Positions 62,260 to 64,000 of a stretch of 64,000 nt of DNA are shown one piece after another. The DNA is from Octopus sinensis (Eukaryota): contig NC_042999.1 in NCBI RefSeq assembly GCF_006345805.1, forward strand, positions 34,348,001 through 34,412,000, in the 5' to 3' direction. The position numbers were made by a program, and so were the translations under genes. Below the pieces are notes generated by a model that made no database searches, had not been told where the DNA came from, and saw only the letters and a list, made by a program, of their open reading frames with translations. Position 1 is the first letter of the stretch. Each line of letters starts with the position of its first letter.

Positions 62260-62370
62260 GCTTTGCTTTCGGCGTCGATAAATTAAGTACCAGTTGCATA
62301 CGGGCGTCGATCTAATCGACTGCCCCTCTCCCTCCAAAATTTCGGGCCTTGTGCCTAGAGTAGAAAATAA
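62260..62370 (+). mobile_element. SINE family 2 3' fragment
   Basis: GTCGATAAATTAAGTACCAG...AATTTCGGGCCTTGTGCCTAGAGTAGAA. Confidence 0.75.
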
Positions 62371-62784
62371 TTTTGCTGATACTATTCGCTTTTAAATATT
62401 GTTGATGTTTCTTTTAAAACCAGTAATATTTACACTTGACATAAGCACAACATATACACAGCAAAAAATCTGTTTTACATTCAAAATATTATTTTACACT
62501 GTACAATCTTGTTTTCTTCAGTTGCTAATATTGTTTACCTTTTATTTGTAAGTGTGATTTTCCTATTAAACATAATTAGTCCATCTGTCTAGAGAGAACT
62601 TTTTTTACACAAAACATATACAGAAATAGTGTAAATATATGCGTACAACTCTTGCAATTTTAATGGTTTCTCTATTTAGAATTCACAGGGATTCTGTAAT
62701 AAGCTAGCCAAATCATATGCATACACACAAACATTTAAATACACAGATATATATATATATACGCATATAAAAATACATACATAC

Positions 62785-62867
<83 letters not shown>

Positions 62868-63269
62868 GTATATATGTGTGTATGTGTGTGTGCACACATC
62901 ATTATACGCATACACACAATTTCATATATACTTGGATGCATGCAAACAAGCATCCCTAAATGTATTTCGACTCTAATATTTTCTCCTATTAGAGTTCAGT
63001 AGTGCAACTCCCAGATTCTGTTTCTAAACAGTTCATGAAATCTATTTATAAATTGCAATTTTGAACTGCATCAACATAAACATTTTCACTGTTCAATTTA
63101 AATGAAAGGTCGATGGCAAATGTCGAGTTCCATCATCAAGGACAATACAATAAATTCTTATAAAATAAATATTCCCTCTCTCCTCTGTCTATTACTCCTG
63201 CCTCGCCCACACGTGTACGCACACTTACATACACGTACGCGTACACACACAAACAACACACACATATTT

Positions 63270-63727
63270 TACTGGCGTCGATATAATCGACTTAATCCGT
63301 TTGTCTGTCCTTGTTTGTCCTCTCTGTGTTTAGCCCCTTGTGGGTAGTAAAGAAATAGGTATTTCGTCTGCTGCTACGTTCTGAGTTCAAATTCCGTCGA
63401 GGTCGACTTTGCCTTTCATCCTTTCGGTGTCGATTAAATAAGTACCAGTTACGCACTGGGGTCGATGTAATCGACTCTGTCCCTTTGTCTGTCCTTCTTT
63501 GTCCCCTCTATATTTAGCCCCATTGTGGGCTATAAAGAAATAAGAAACGTTAACAGGCCGGGCGAAATGCTTAGCGGCATTTCGTCAGTTATCTTGTTCT
63601 GAGTTCAAATTCCGCTGAGATCGACTTTGCCTTTCATCCTTTCGGGGTCGATAAATTAAGTACCAGTTGCATACTAGTGTGGATCTAATTGATTGGCCCC
63701 CTTGTGCCTAGAGTAGAAAAGAATATT
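63270..63727 (+). mobile_element. Trimeric, 5'-truncated SINE family 2
   Basis: Restarts at TAAAGAAATA|GGTATTTCG (~63358) and TAAAGAAATA|AGAAACGTT (~63543); ends with the GTGCCTAGAGTAGAAAAG tail type. Confidence 0.85.
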
Positions 63728-64000
63728 TCATATGGAATATCTCATACATAAACATAGCTTAATTTCGCGACAAAGCTTAATATTCATTTATTACTTCATA
63801 TTTCTGCACATGACAGAGACTACATTTGAAAACTTAGGGTCTCTTTTCTTTAACCCTACCAAATTTCTAACGCGGTTTCTGGAACAAGCTAGTTTCTCTT
63901 ATCTAGCGAGTGCTAGTTCTAGTGCAACCCTGTTCCTCTTACTTCTGTATGGAACTGACTGGCATCTTTAAGTGAATGGCAATATATAGGTAAAGAACGA

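Overview
AT-rich, microsatellite-dense eukaryotic DNA made almost entirely of retroelements and other repeats. The repeat families and the (TA)n/(TACA)n/(GATA)n density look most like an octopus or other coleoid cephalopod (inference, not verified). I found no host exon I can support; most ORF-track entries are microsatellite artefacts. Recognisable elements: a near-full-length CR1-like LINE (~18.2-23.1 kb, minus) with a multi-CCCH zinc-finger ORF1; a decayed Mag-type Gypsy element (43.5-46.8 kb); an R4/Dong-type element plus three stacked 3' fragments (57.8-62.3 kb); at least six Penelope-like (PLE) remnants; RTE fragments; two SINE families; and non-autonomous Helitrons. Most interesting: (i) six minimal type I hammerhead-ribozyme motifs, mostly tied to PLE ends, including a U3-A8 covariant core and three unrelated copies with a CCGANGA core; (ii) a CATGGCCNN-hairpin-GAAAC motif shared by the 3' ends of two CR1-like LINEs and a SINE, with hammerhead-like topology; (iii) a 493-bp tandem unit forming a 1.6-kb fold-back array whose variants alternate; (iv) a 370-bp palindrome whose 61-bp core mismatches are mostly G-U wobbles; (v) SINE multimers that appear to have inserted as single units. 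All folds and alignments were done by eye, and coordinates of decayed elements are approximate.
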